Shown one piece after another: positions 19,501 through 28,716 of a stretch of DNA of 57,229 bases. The notes below the pieces were generated by a model. That model ran no database searches, was not told the DNA's origin, and saw only the letters and a list, made by a program, of their open reading frames with translations. The stretch's first letter is position 1. The number at the start of each line of letters is the position of its first letter. Origin of the DNA: Bacteroidales bacterium (GTDB lineage: Bacteria; Bacteroidota; Bacteroidia; Bacteroidales; ML635J-15); the NCBI GenBank assembly GCA_028686735.1, contig JAQUBO010000001.1, positions 1 through 57,229 on the forward strand. The letters are read 5' to 3'. The position numbers and the translations under genes were made by a program.

Positions 19501-19727
19501 TCCTGATATTGGCCTAAATCATCCCAATAATAGAAAATAATAGATGTTATTTCAGATTCTCCATTCCAATTTATTGAAAATTGAACATCCTCTGGTTCCA
19601 AAACACTAAAAGTTTCGTACACAGGTGATATACTTTGACCAAAAGTGAAAATTGAAGAAATTACAGTAATTACAGTAAAAAGTATAATCTTCTTCAAAAT
19701 CTGGTTGTAATAGTAGTTAAGCTTCAT
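16536..19727 (-). CDS. Large secreted multi-Ig/InlB-B-repeat-like protein with a T9SS type-A C-terminal domain; internally duplicated
   Basis: 1063 aa. Two colinear ~480-aa halves. Three blocks of the type Y.V......P..GG...G.G.Y..GE.V...A....G..F..W......V...NPY.F.MPA.D. C-terminal domain IYPNPFSDILYINN...GFYLLIIENIEGQRFVKKILKQ. Confidence 0.7.
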   Translation of the reverse strand: MKLNYYYNQILKKIILFTVITVISSIFTFGQSISPVYETFSVLEPEDVQFSINWNGESEITSIIFYYWDDLGQYQEVLLGESTDYVVSGNSLTIFRTWIESISPETHSEIRFEAEFGSGYLSQFNIEVIYTYYPFIVEESKVFDLSNKEDVFFTIAWAAGDEVSSVSVDGTPILSSNYIINADYLYLKEDYLNTVLLAAGNSINVSVGFDESSFDSFVVEAVNSGITNPSLSQNEFDIDGNNMGDYVETIITWNGASAISSMSVLMVDNGFPNVFPFDDYTVTPINVNTATLRINIGGNKTSVSKAIDYLYVSVEIIFDAGSPVYVFLGIYDEYYNVQISSVPYDGGWTQGDGQYNVGEELTISAFSNPEFTFSKWIINGTQEVTDNPYTFNMPANDLIIDAVFLSDYLTVLYSNPLNGQSEVDVNTSIYLTFDRDIIEGTTNNGFDDISIQGNMGAPWPINSCSIMSGNILVIEPNLPLDINTQYFLSIPPEAVEGAANPGQYMNNPFNMVFSTGWGDYVHGQINPEENVYSLGNPDNVDFDVVWGEDTSIASVYFYYWDEFNFYQETELNSPADYLVDGNILSITNTFISSLSPTVSDELSFYAIFDSGWRDDFRINVVQTTLPYITPNAIDYDLSNPNDVFTNIIYNTAASISSVSLNSSNLIEGTDYEIQGSWLFIRNSYLSTHLTNVGNEISLDITFDTEDVSTLTITAIQSGIVNATIDPESETYNESDIPDYIDLTITWNDASSVLSLTIWEIENGSLVSYDFPDYTVTPINTETANLRVLVGAKGKQTNASKVVDLYNVTVEIEFDVGASAFYHLVLIEEYYYVYSEVYPASSGNVSGAWEYSLDEVVSLFANPNWGFDFNCWKIDGIIVSYDNPYEFNMPANDVYITAHFVPQSATLYDVTLVSNPVGAGILMGAGQYVVGETVTINLTENTGYEFINWTDATSNVVATNPEYSFIMTDTNVELTANFNDQTNIDELSIEEFDIYPNPFSDILYINNYQSASKISFTTITGQIITEFNNFNNSQINTSDLPKGFYLLIIENIEGQRFVKKILKQ

Positions 19728-20040
19728 GGCGATTTAATTTTATGATTAATAATAATACAAATATACGAATTAAAATAAATACAAACCGCCAATTATTACC
19801 AAAAAACAATGAGAAAAACAATTTGAGAAAAACAAGCAAATTCACTTTTAAACCACTACTATTTTTATAACTACAAATTATATACGATATAATGTAAAAA
19901 CAAGAATTTCCTTCTATTAAAGATTTAAAACATCTGCATTAACTCACCATAGAAAGTATCTTAAATAGTCTTTGACGTTTTATTACCTGTCTGCCGACAG
20001 GCAGGTCAAAGACACAAAAAGTGGTAGTTTTAGCTACGCT

Positions 20041-20184
20041 GCGATGTGCTGCGATGTGCTGAGCTTGTCGAAGTGAGCTTGTCGAAGTGCGATGTGCTGC
20101 GATGTGCTGAGCTTGTCGAAGTGAGCTTGTCGAAGTGCGATGTGCTGCGATGTACTGAGCTTGTCGAAGTGAGCTTGTCGAAGT
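20041..20184. repeat. 3 x 48-bp tandem repeat, each unit itself (10 bp x2)+(14 bp x2)
   Basis: The unit GCGATGTGCT GCGATGTGCT GAGCTTGTCGAAGT GAGCTTGTCGAAGT occurs at 20041, 20089 and 20137, with one substitution in copy 3. Confidence 0.9.
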
Positions 20185-20294
20185 AAGCTCGTAAACTCGG
20201 TACTTGCAGACACTAAATAATGGCTAAGGTTTTTATTGCCAATTAAACATATTGTTGTATTTTTATGCCCTATAAATATAATAGTAAAAAAGCT

Positions 20295-21557
20295 ATGACA
20301 CAAGATACATTAAATATTTCGGTAAACTCGGAAATAGGAAAACTAAAAGGAGTAATATTGCACACGCCAGGTCCCGAGGTTGAAAACATGACACCAGAAA
20401 ATGCTGAAAGAGCCTTATATAGTGATATTTTAAACCTACATGTTGCACAACAAGAATACTCTCAATTTTCTAGTGTTTTAGAAAAACTAACTAAACCCTA
20501 TCAATTAAAAAACTTATTAGGAGATATTTTACAAAATAACAAAGTTCGGATAAATCTTTTTGAAAAGATATACAAGAACGAAGGTGTCGAACTTAATCGT
20601 CAAACCATGGACAAACTTAACAATGTTGAGCTTGCCACACAACTTTTAGAGGGCATTTTAATGTCCAAAGACAATTTAACAGCATTTTTAAGTAAAAACA
20701 GATATACGTTAAAGCCATTACATAATTTCTTTTTCACCAGAGACGCATCTATTGCGATAAACGACAAAGTATTAATTTCAAAAATGGCGAATAAAGTTAG
20801 AGTTAGAGAATCGATTATTATGCAAGCTATCTTTGATTCTCATCCTGCATTTTCTACAACCACTATAAATCCGTACGAAAACATCAGTTTTAATCCAAAT
20901 ATAACAATAGAAGGAGGAGACGTTCTTGTTGCACGAGAAGATGTTTTAATAATTGGAATTGGTAGCAGAACAACACCGCAAGGGATAGATTATATCTTAA
21001 ATCATTTTAAAGGACAAAAAGAAAAGATGCATATAATTGTTCAGGAATTGCCACGTGAACCCGAGTCTTTTATTCATCTCGACATGGTTTTTACGTTCTT
21101 AGACAAGGATAAATGCATGATATATGAACCTATTATATCTCATCCAAACTGTTATCAAACAATTTTAATTACAGTAGATAATGGGATAGTTAAAATTAAA
21201 AAACAGCACAATTTATTAAACGCTTTAAAAGGACTTGGGTTTGACTTAAAACCATTTATTTGTGGGGGAACTTCTGACCCATGGACGCAACAACGAGAAC
21301 AATGGCATAGTGGAGCTAATTTTTTCGCTTTTGCCCCTGGTAAAATTATTGGTTATGAACGGAACATTTATACTGTTGACGAACTAAGTAAAGGAGGCTT
21401 CGAGATAATTAGAGCAAATGATATAATTAAAGGCACAAAACACCCTGACGATTACAAAACCTGTCTCGTTACAATAGAAGGCTCTGAATTATCGCGTGGT
21501 GGTGGAGGTGCAAGGTGCATGACAATGCCGATTTGTCGAGAAAACATTAATTGGTAA
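20295..21557 (+). CDS. Arginine deiminase-family (amidinotransferase superfamily) protein
   Basis: The track ORF starts at 20265. The Met at 20295 (MTQDTLNISVNSEIGKLKGVILHTPG) fits family N-termini. The catalytic tail is GGGGARCMTMPICRE. Confidence 0.75.
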   Translation: MTQDTLNISVNSEIGKLKGVILHTPGPEVENMTPENAERALYSDILNLHVAQQEYSQFSSVLEKLTKPYQLKNLLGDILQNNKVRINLFEKIYKNEGVELNRQTMDKLNNVELATQLLEGILMSKDNLTAFLSKNRYTLKPLHNFFFTRDASIAINDKVLISKMANKVRVRESIIMQAIFDSHPAFSTTTINPYENISFNPNITIEGGDVLVAREDVLIIGIGSRTTPQGIDYILNHFKGQKEKMHIIVQELPREPESFIHLDMVFTFLDKDKCMIYEPIISHPNCYQTILITVDNGIVKIKKQHNLLNALKGLGFDLKPFICGGTSDPWTQQREQWHSGANFFAFAPGKIIGYERNIYTVDELSKGGFEIIRANDIIKGTKHPDDYKTCLVTIEGSELSRGGGGARCMTMPICRENINW

Positions 21558-21626
21558 AATTGTAAAAACTTGTTAATAAGGTTCTTTTTTAAGCTAAACA
21601 AAAAAACTATATTTGCCCTATAATTA

Positions 21627-23120
21627 TTGTTAATGAAAAGAATCCATATCATAATTGTTTTGTCTATCTTTCTGACTTCACAAGTAGCTTATGCACAATC
21701 GTATCTTGAGCGAACGTATTTTGATATGCTTAAACATCACTTACAAACTCTGAGCGGATTTGATGACAAATTAAAACATTATTGTAACACAAGACAAGAA
21801 AACTTAAACCTATTTTCGGACTCGGAAAATCTTATAATACTTGGATCTGAAGAGTACCAGTTAAATAATGTTGCCCAGCACTACTACCAAGAGTTTCAAA
21901 GTCTTTCATATCTAAACAAATGCAAATTATTATATAGTTGGGACCAAGTCAGTAGTACTATTTATTATATCGCAAAGGAAAAGCAAGTTCCAACGGCTAT
22001 ATCTTACATTCCTGTTATCTATACTGGGTTAAACTCATATTATTCTGCAGAAAGCTACAAGTTTGGCTTGTGGGGATTACCATATTTGCCAGCCGTAAAA
22101 TATGGAATTATTGCAGACGAATATTACGACCAACGCCTCGACATCCATTTAAATGCAGATGCTGCTTTATCATATCTTAGCGACTTACACAAAACTTTTG
22201 GAACTTGGGATATGGCCGTAACAGCCTATTGTTGTGGTACAGCAAACCTGGTCAAAGCCGGTTATGGGACCTTATCATTTAATGAGATATATGAAAATCT
22301 TGAAAACCCAAATAAAGATTGCTTTTACCGTTTATTAGCTTTTACAAAATGGATGAATGAAAACGAAACCCTCGATTTTAGCTCGGTTAAAGAATTAACT
22401 ATCTCTGTTACAGATCATATTTTAATTAATTCTCTTATAGATTTTAGACAAATCTCAAGTGTTTTAAATATTAATATTGATGAGTTATATAATCTAAATC
22501 CCTTATTTACAGGTTCGGTAATAGATGGTAGAAAAAAACCAAAGATTATTTATTTGCCTGAAAATCAAACAGAGCAATTTTTATTATTACGTGATTCTAT
22601 TGAAAACTTTATGGATAGTGTTTATTTTCCAAAATATACGCCCTCTATTAATAATGGCAAAGATTATGAGACATACGTTCATGTTAGCATTAGTCCTGGA
22701 GATGATTATGAAGAACACAAATACACCATAGTTTCGGGAGATAATCTTGGAGTAATAGCACAGCGTTTTGGGGTAAGCTTAATAGATCTTAAAGACTGGA
22801 ATAACATAAAGGGTACAAATATTTATGCTGGCCAAATAATTAGTATATGGTTAAAAAAAGGTGCAAAACTACCCGAAACTGAACAAATACAAGCACAATC
22901 GAAAAAAAAGAAAGAAGAAACAGGGATGCAAAAGCACTTTGCAATGAGAGACTACGATTTTATAGAAACCTATGAGGTAAAATCGGGAGACTCCTTGTAT
23001 AAAATAGCCCTTAATTATGATTGGGCAAGTGCCGAAGATATTATGGAATGGAATAATATAAGTAATCCTTCTAAATTGCAAGTAGGTCAAAAGCTCAAAA
23101 TATTTAAATTAAAAAAATGA
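21627..23120 (+). CDS. MltD-like lytic transglycosylase with two C-terminal LysM domains
   Basis: 497 aa with a signal peptide. SLT-like core (AESYKFGLWGLPYLPAVKYG). LysM domains YTIVSGDNLGVIAQRFGV...W and YEVKSGDSLYKIALNY...GQKLKIF. Confidence 0.65.
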   Translation: MLMKRIHIIIVLSIFLTSQVAYAQSYLERTYFDMLKHHLQTLSGFDDKLKHYCNTRQENLNLFSDSENLIILGSEEYQLNNVAQHYYQEFQSLSYLNKCKLLYSWDQVSSTIYYIAKEKQVPTAISYIPVIYTGLNSYYSAESYKFGLWGLPYLPAVKYGIIADEYYDQRLDIHLNADAALSYLSDLHKTFGTWDMAVTAYCCGTANLVKAGYGTLSFNEIYENLENPNKDCFYRLLAFTKWMNENETLDFSSVKELTISVTDHILINSLIDFRQISSVLNINIDELYNLNPLFTGSVIDGRKKPKIIYLPENQTEQFLLLRDSIENFMDSVYFPKYTPSINNGKDYETYVHVSISPGDDYEEHKYTIVSGDNLGVIAQRFGVSLIDLKDWNNIKGTNIYAGQIISIWLKKGAKLPETEQIQAQSKKKKEETGMQKHFAMRDYDFIETYEVKSGDSLYKIALNYDWASAEDIMEWNNISNPSKLQVGQKLKIFKLKK

Positions 23121-24577
23121 AAGCAAAACACGTTCTATATTTTGTCGTAGGAGTATTAGCCATTTTAGGAATACTAATGGCGGTTTTCCCAAAAGATGGA
23201 ATACGCCTAAGCGATGAGTGGGTTTTATATTTCCCTTCATTTAAAGAAGTGTTTCATAAAGAAGATAAGGTTCTAATTGATACAGACTCAATTGTAGGCA
23301 ACCAGATTAATATAGACTCACTCATGCCATTAAACGATACGATAAAAGAAATTGATTTAGAAGAGCTAAAAAAACTGCTTACTCCCTTAGAATTTCCAGA
23401 AGACAAGCCCTATGCCCTTGATAATTTTTTTGCTAAAATAAATGATTTTGAAAATGAACAAAAAGTTCGCATTACCCACTATGGCGATAGTCAAATTGAG
23501 GGGGATCGCATTACTGCATATATACGAAACAAACTACAAGTAAGATATGGCGGATTTGGAATGGGCTTATGCTCACCTGTAGCGGTTTACTCACAATTTA
23601 GCATGATACAAGAAAACTCTCAAAATTGGAAGAGATATACCGGTTTTGGACTAATAGACGACAATGTTACTCACGACAAATACGGTCCAATGATAGCTTT
23701 TAATAGATTTGCTCCTATAACAGACTCTAGTTGGATGCCTCCCGATACCAAATATTCTGGCTGGCTAAGTTTTTCAAAATCAGATATTGGTTATAATAAC
23801 ACGAAAAAATTTAAAGAAATTTACATTTATTATGGTAATGCAAAAGTAAAATCTAAAATAAGCATTCTATCTAATAATGAGGTTTTGGTAAGCGATTCTT
23901 TGCAAAAAGGCGACAGTTTATTTGTCTATAAATATGTTTCAACTGATTATTTGGAAAACGTAAAGTTTGAGTTTGAGGGTTTTGATAGCCCTGATATTTA
24001 TGCAATCTCATTCGAAGACGTATCTGGAGTATATATCGACAACATAGCTCTCCGAGGCAGCTCCGGTACCGTTTTTACAACTACTAACGGCAGTTTACTA
24101 ATAGAGTCTTTTGCTGCATTAGGAACCGATTTATTTATTTTACAATTTGGGGGAAACTCTGTTCCGTATATTGCGGATAAAAAATCGGCAGAGCAATTCG
24201 CAAATTATTTTTATTACCAATTAGCTTTTCTTAAAAATGCAGTACCAAATGCTTGTTTTATTGTTATTGGTCCAAGCGATATGGCAGTAAAATTAAAAGA
24301 TGATTTTGAAACTTATCCAAACTTAGAAACCATAATTGAAGAAATTAAAAAAACCACTCACAAAGCAGGTGGAGTATATTGGGATATGTATAAAGCAATG
24401 GGTGGCAAAAACTCTATGAAGGCCTGGGTAAATGCAGACCCTCCATTGGCAGGCACTGATTACACGCACTTTACACCTTATGGAACTAGCGTAATAGCAA
24501 ATATGTTCTATAATGCATTTATTCTCGAAGCAACTGATTATACTAATAGGATAAAAAATGAACAAGTTGATAAATAG
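23117..24577 (+). CDS. Membrane-anchored SGNH/GDSL-like hydrolase or acyltransferase
   Basis: 486 aa. N-terminal transmembrane segment, block I HYGDSQIEG, block V DYTHFT. 4-nt overlap with the upstream gene. Confidence 0.6.
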   Translation: MKAKHVLYFVVGVLAILGILMAVFPKDGIRLSDEWVLYFPSFKEVFHKEDKVLIDTDSIVGNQINIDSLMPLNDTIKEIDLEELKKLLTPLEFPEDKPYALDNFFAKINDFENEQKVRITHYGDSQIEGDRITAYIRNKLQVRYGGFGMGLCSPVAVYSQFSMIQENSQNWKRYTGFGLIDDNVTHDKYGPMIAFNRFAPITDSSWMPPDTKYSGWLSFSKSDIGYNNTKKFKEIYIYYGNAKVKSKISILSNNEVLVSDSLQKGDSLFVYKYVSTDYLENVKFEFEGFDSPDIYAISFEDVSGVYIDNIALRGSSGTVFTTTNGSLLIESFAALGTDLFILQFGGNSVPYIADKKSAEQFANYFYYQLAFLKNAVPNACFIVIGPSDMAVKLKDDFETYPNLETIIEEIKKTTHKAGGVYWDMYKAMGGKNSMKAWVNADPPLAGTDYTHFTPYGTSVIANMFYNAFILEATDYTNRIKNEQVDK

Positions 24578-25829
24578 AGTACTAAACATATTGTTATGCT
24601 GCATCTGTTTGCTCAGCTGGAATGGACTATCAGCACAATATAGCAAAGTCCCATATTCAAAAAAATCATATACTTACATTCAGTACGACTCTTGTTATTT
24701 GGAGCACGCTTTAGAAAATCCAAATATGAATAATTTCTACAATAAATTAGATAAACTATATTTTTCTGGAACAGGGCAAGTAAAAATTATGCAAATTGGC
24801 GGCTCCCATATTCAAGCTGGCATTTGGTCGTTTGAGCTTCGAAAACACTTTGAAAGTTTAATTTCGAATATCGAGGGATATCCTGGCTTAGTGTTTCCAT
24901 TTAGTTTAGCAAAAACAAATCATCCTTTTTATTATCGTTCGGAGTGCGAAGGGGATTGGGAAATAAGTAAAGTTACCGATAAAGTACCTATCGACAGTAT
25001 CGGATTGTCGGGTATAACTGCCAGAACAAATGATAGTTTGGCATCAATAAAAATCATTTTTTATCCCATTGCAGATATTACAAAACGGAGTTTTGACAAA
25101 GTTTCTGTCTTCCATAATATTGAAGACACCTCATATCATTTATCAATTATGCCACTAGATGCTGTTGACACATCATTTGTAAATTATAAAACTCAAGCAA
25201 CAGAATTTTATTTAAAAAACAAATTAGACACTCTTGAAATAAGATTTGTAAAACAAGACACATCTAACAATCCACTAGTGTTTTATGGTGCATATTTAGA
25301 AAACTCATTGCCTGGAATTCAATACACAGGTATCGGAATAAACGGAGCTGCAACATCATCATATCTCAAAGCAGAGCTTTTCACACCTCACCTTAAAGTC
25401 GTTAAACCCGATTTAGTCATTTTTTCTATTGGCGTAAACGATGCAGCTGGAAAAAGCTTTACAAAGTGGACGTATATTAATAACTACAAAAAAATCGCCA
25501 GTAAAATATTAGAAGTTAATCCGGATTGTGCATTTATTTTTACAACTAATAATGACTTTTACCATTATCGAGGAGGTGTAAATCAGCACTACAAAGATGT
25601 ATATCAAGCTATGAAGTACTTATCTCAAGTTTACGATGCATCAGTGTGGAATATGTTTAAAGTTATGGGAGGTTATAAGTCTATAAACTACTGGCGTAAC
25701 GACAAATTAGGAAAAAGAGACAGAATACATTTTACAAAAGAAGGATATACAGTTGTAGCAGGCTTATTATTTGATGCTATAATGCACGATTACGAAAATT
25801 ACCTAGAAAAAAATGCTTCAAGCAAATGA
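24558..25829 (+). CDS. Secreted SGNH/GDSL-like hydrolase or acyltransferase
   Basis: 423 aa with a signal peptide. QIGGSHIQAG, FSIGVNDA, DRIHFTKEGY. 20-nt overlap upstream and 4-nt overlap downstream. Confidence 0.6.
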   Translation: MNKLINRVLNILLCCICLLSWNGLSAQYSKVPYSKKSYTYIQYDSCYLEHALENPNMNNFYNKLDKLYFSGTGQVKIMQIGGSHIQAGIWSFELRKHFESLISNIEGYPGLVFPFSLAKTNHPFYYRSECEGDWEISKVTDKVPIDSIGLSGITARTNDSLASIKIIFYPIADITKRSFDKVSVFHNIEDTSYHLSIMPLDAVDTSFVNYKTQATEFYLKNKLDTLEIRFVKQDTSNNPLVFYGAYLENSLPGIQYTGIGINGAATSSYLKAELFTPHLKVVKPDLVIFSIGVNDAAGKSFTKWTYINNYKKIASKILEVNPDCAFIFTTNNDFYHYRGGVNQHYKDVYQAMKYLSQVYDASVWNMFKVMGGYKSINYWRNDKLGKRDRIHFTKEGYTVVAGLLFDAIMHDYENYLEKNASSK

Positions 25830-27484
25830 TGGAGTATATTAAGGACATATTAACGTATAATCAGAGCTCGCCTTTGATTTTTACACGATTTTTCTTTTGG
25901 GGCTTTTTTGCCATAGTTTTACTTGGTTACACTTTTGTAGCAAATAAACGTGTCTCCCGCTCTTTATATTTACTTGTTATAAGTCTATTTTTCTATTATA
26001 AATCGAGTGGATTTTTCTTTTTTTTAATAATTTTTAGCACCCTTGTTGATTATTGTATCGGTTGGTGGATACACAATTCCGAAAACAGCAATACTCGGAA
26101 ATTACAATTAGCACTTAGCATATTTATTAATTTATTTGTACTATCATATTTTAAATATACCTTTTTCTTTACCAGTGCAATAAACGATATGTTTGGGACA
26201 AGTTTAGTGGCACATAATTATTTAGCTGAGTTCTCAAACCTATTTACTGGAACAAGTTTTGACACCGCTAAAATATTTTTACCTGTAGGCATTTCATTTT
26301 TCACTTTCCAAACCATGTCTTATACAATTGACATCTATCGAAGAGAGCTTAAACCAGTAAAAAGCATTATAGACTTTGGTTTTTACGTATCATTTTTTCC
26401 GCAACTGGTAGCTGGTCCTATTGTTAGGGCAAAAGACTTTATACCGCAAATTTATCAAAAATTCAAATTAAGTAGATATGAATTTGGGCTAGCCTTATTT
26501 ATGATACTTAAAGGTTTGATAAAAAAAATCATGATTGGTGATTATATTGCAGTCAATTTTGTTGACAGAGTTTTTTCAAATCCTGATATGTACACAGGTT
26601 TTGAGAGCCTTATGGCAATGATAGGCTACTCATTACAAGTATATGTAGATTTTTCGGGTTATACCGACATTGCAATTGGCGTTGCTCTTTTTATGGGCTT
26701 TAGATTAAATCAGAACTTTAATTCGCCTTATAAAGCAAAAAACTGTGGCGACTTTTGGAGTCGGTGGCATATTTCTTTATCATCGTGGCTAAAAGATTAT
26801 TTATATATCCCTTTAGGTGGAAACCGTAATGCCACAAAAGGGACCTATATAAATATCGCATTAATCTTAGGCGTGGTTATGCTATTGGCAGCAAATATGT
26901 GGGTAAGTATTGGCATTATCGCATCGGCAATTATTGTTTTACTTTTAATGCGATTTTCTCCTGCTGCAAAAAAAGGAATTGTACGAAACATAAATGTTAT
27001 GATAACAATGCTTTTCGGCGGCTTATGGCATGGCTCTAGTTGGAATTTCCTTATCTGGGGAGGACTAAATGGGCTTGGGGTTATTACTTACAAATATTGG
27101 CGAAAAATAAGCCCTTGGGAGAAATACAACAACCGAATTGCTACTATCTGGAAAATCACACTTACTTTTGGCTTTATAACTTTTACCAGAGTGTTTTTTA
27201 GAGCTCCAGATTATGAAACAGCAATCACAATGCTTAATAGAATAGGAACAGTGTTTACGCCGGAACTTATTCCTAATATTATAACTGGCTATTACAAGGT
27301 TTGGCTAATGATGCTTTTTGGTTTCATTACTCATTGGCTAAGCTACAATTTTAAAGATAAATGGCGAGATAAATTCATAAATTTACCTCATTGGTCGCAA
27401 GCAATAATATCAGCAATGGTAATATTTATAGTTTATCAATCTATTTGCTCCGATATGGTTGCATTTATCTACTTCCAGTTTTAA
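25826..27484 (+). CDS. MBOAT-family membrane O-acyltransferase (AlgI/PatA/DltB-like)
   Basis: 552 aa, polytopic. FWSRWHISLSSWLKDYLYIPLGGNR and the GGLWHG histidine motif. Confidence 0.85.
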   Translation: MMEYIKDILTYNQSSPLIFTRFFFWGFFAIVLLGYTFVANKRVSRSLYLLVISLFFYYKSSGFFFFLIIFSTLVDYCIGWWIHNSENSNTRKLQLALSIFINLFVLSYFKYTFFFTSAINDMFGTSLVAHNYLAEFSNLFTGTSFDTAKIFLPVGISFFTFQTMSYTIDIYRRELKPVKSIIDFGFYVSFFPQLVAGPIVRAKDFIPQIYQKFKLSRYEFGLALFMILKGLIKKIMIGDYIAVNFVDRVFSNPDMYTGFESLMAMIGYSLQVYVDFSGYTDIAIGVALFMGFRLNQNFNSPYKAKNCGDFWSRWHISLSSWLKDYLYIPLGGNRNATKGTYINIALILGVVMLLAANMWVSIGIIASAIIVLLLMRFSPAAKKGIVRNINVMITMLFGGLWHGSSWNFLIWGGLNGLGVITYKYWRKISPWEKYNNRIATIWKITLTFGFITFTRVFFRAPDYETAITMLNRIGTVFTPELIPNIITGYYKVWLMMLFGFITHWLSYNFKDKWRDKFINLPHWSQAIISAMVIFIVYQSICSDMVAFIYFQF

Positions 27485-27628
27485 AAACGATAAACTATAG
27501 GCAGTATTAATGTTTTTTAACGATGCAGATGCGAAAAATAATCAATTTATATAGAGTATTTTGTGATTATATTGGTATCAGAGTAGCTCAAAATATAAAA
27601 CAAATTTAAAATTTGATTTTGATGGACA

Positions 27629-28021
27629 CTATATATGCTTACTAATTTTATCTGCTAACCCTAAAAACTCTTGTGGTGTAAGTTTGACTCTAGGGTTTGA
27701 AAACGACAGATCTTTTTCTTCATCCATTGGGATTAAATGCATATGAGTATGAGGCACTTCAAGTCCTACAACCATAAGACCAATTCTTTTACAAACCACT
27801 TCTTTTTCAATTGCGCGAGCAACTTTTTTTGCAAAAACCATCATTTTTGCCAAAGTCTCGTCAGTATTATCAAATATATAATCAACTTCAATTTTAGGAA
27901 CTATTAAAGCATGACCTTTTTTAACTGGATTAATATCAAGAAAAGATATAAAGTCGTTATCTTCTGCTATTTTATAGCAAGGAATATCGCCATTAATTAT
28001 TTTAGTAAAAACACTTGCCAT
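27629..28021 (-). CDS. HIT-family nucleotide hydrolase
   Basis: 130 aa. Histidine triad HTHMHLIP. 1-nt overlap with the greA stop. Confidence 0.85.
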   Translation of the reverse strand: MASVFTKIINGDIPCYKIAEDNDFISFLDINPVKKGHALIVPKIEVDYIFDNTDETLAKMMVFAKKVARAIEKEVVCKRIGLMVVGLEVPHTHMHLIPMDEEKDLSFSNPRVKLTPQEFLGLADKISKHI

Positions 28022-28494
28022 TAAATCGAAATATCAACAATTTCAAATGAAATTATTCCACTAGGCACTTTTATTTCTACAACATCACCAACTTTTTTAC
28101 CTAAAATTCCTTGAGCAATAGGTGTATTTACAGATATCTTCATTTCTTTTAAGTTTGCTTCAGATTCTGACACGATACGATATATCATTTTTGCTTTTGT
28201 TTTCAAATTTTTTAATGTAACAACATTAAGAATTTGAACACTTTCAGTATCAATTTGAGACGGATCAATTATTCTGGCATTTCGAACAACTGCCTGCATT
28301 TTACTGATTTTCATTTCCAACAATCCTTGAGCCTCTTTTGCAGCATCATACTCTGCATTTTCAGACAAATCACCTTTATCTCGAGCCTCTGCTATTTGCT
28401 TAGAAATATTTGGTCTATCTATATTTACAAGCTTGCTTAACTCCTGTTTAAGTTTAGCTAATCCTTCCTCTGTTAAATATGAAACTTCTGACAT
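28021..28494 (-). CDS. greA: Transcription elongation factor GreA
   Basis: 157 aa. LTEEGLAKLKQEL...AEARDKGDLSENAEYDAAKE. Confidence 0.9.
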   Translation of the reverse strand: MSEVSYLTEEGLAKLKQELSKLVNIDRPNISKQIAEARDKGDLSENAEYDAAKEAQGLLEMKISKMQAVVRNARIIDPSQIDTESVQILNVVTLKNLKTKAKMIYRIVSESEANLKEMKISVNTPIAQGILGKKVGDVVEIKVPSGIISFEIVDISI

Positions 28495-28716
28495 ATCTAT
28501 AATCTTTTATTTTAAATACATATATAAAGAAAAAGAAACCCCCTTGTCAGAGATTTCCATAACACAAAACTAATCATTTTTTTAATACAAACATTAAAAT
28601 AACTAAAAAAAGTTATAAACATGTTATTAATACTGTCAATTTTATAAATTATATTGTGGAAATGTTAAATTTTAAGCTGTATAATAGGTTTATACTAGTT
28701 TTTATGTTTAAAGAAT

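Noticed and set aside
20034-20303. An 89-aa minus-strand ORF with the repeated peptide LRQAHFDKLSTSQHIA.
   Set aside because: It is a translation artefact of the 48-bp tandem DNA repeat. It lies in a promoter region, overlaps the extended start (20265) of the arginine-deiminase-family ORF in the track, and has no credible start context.
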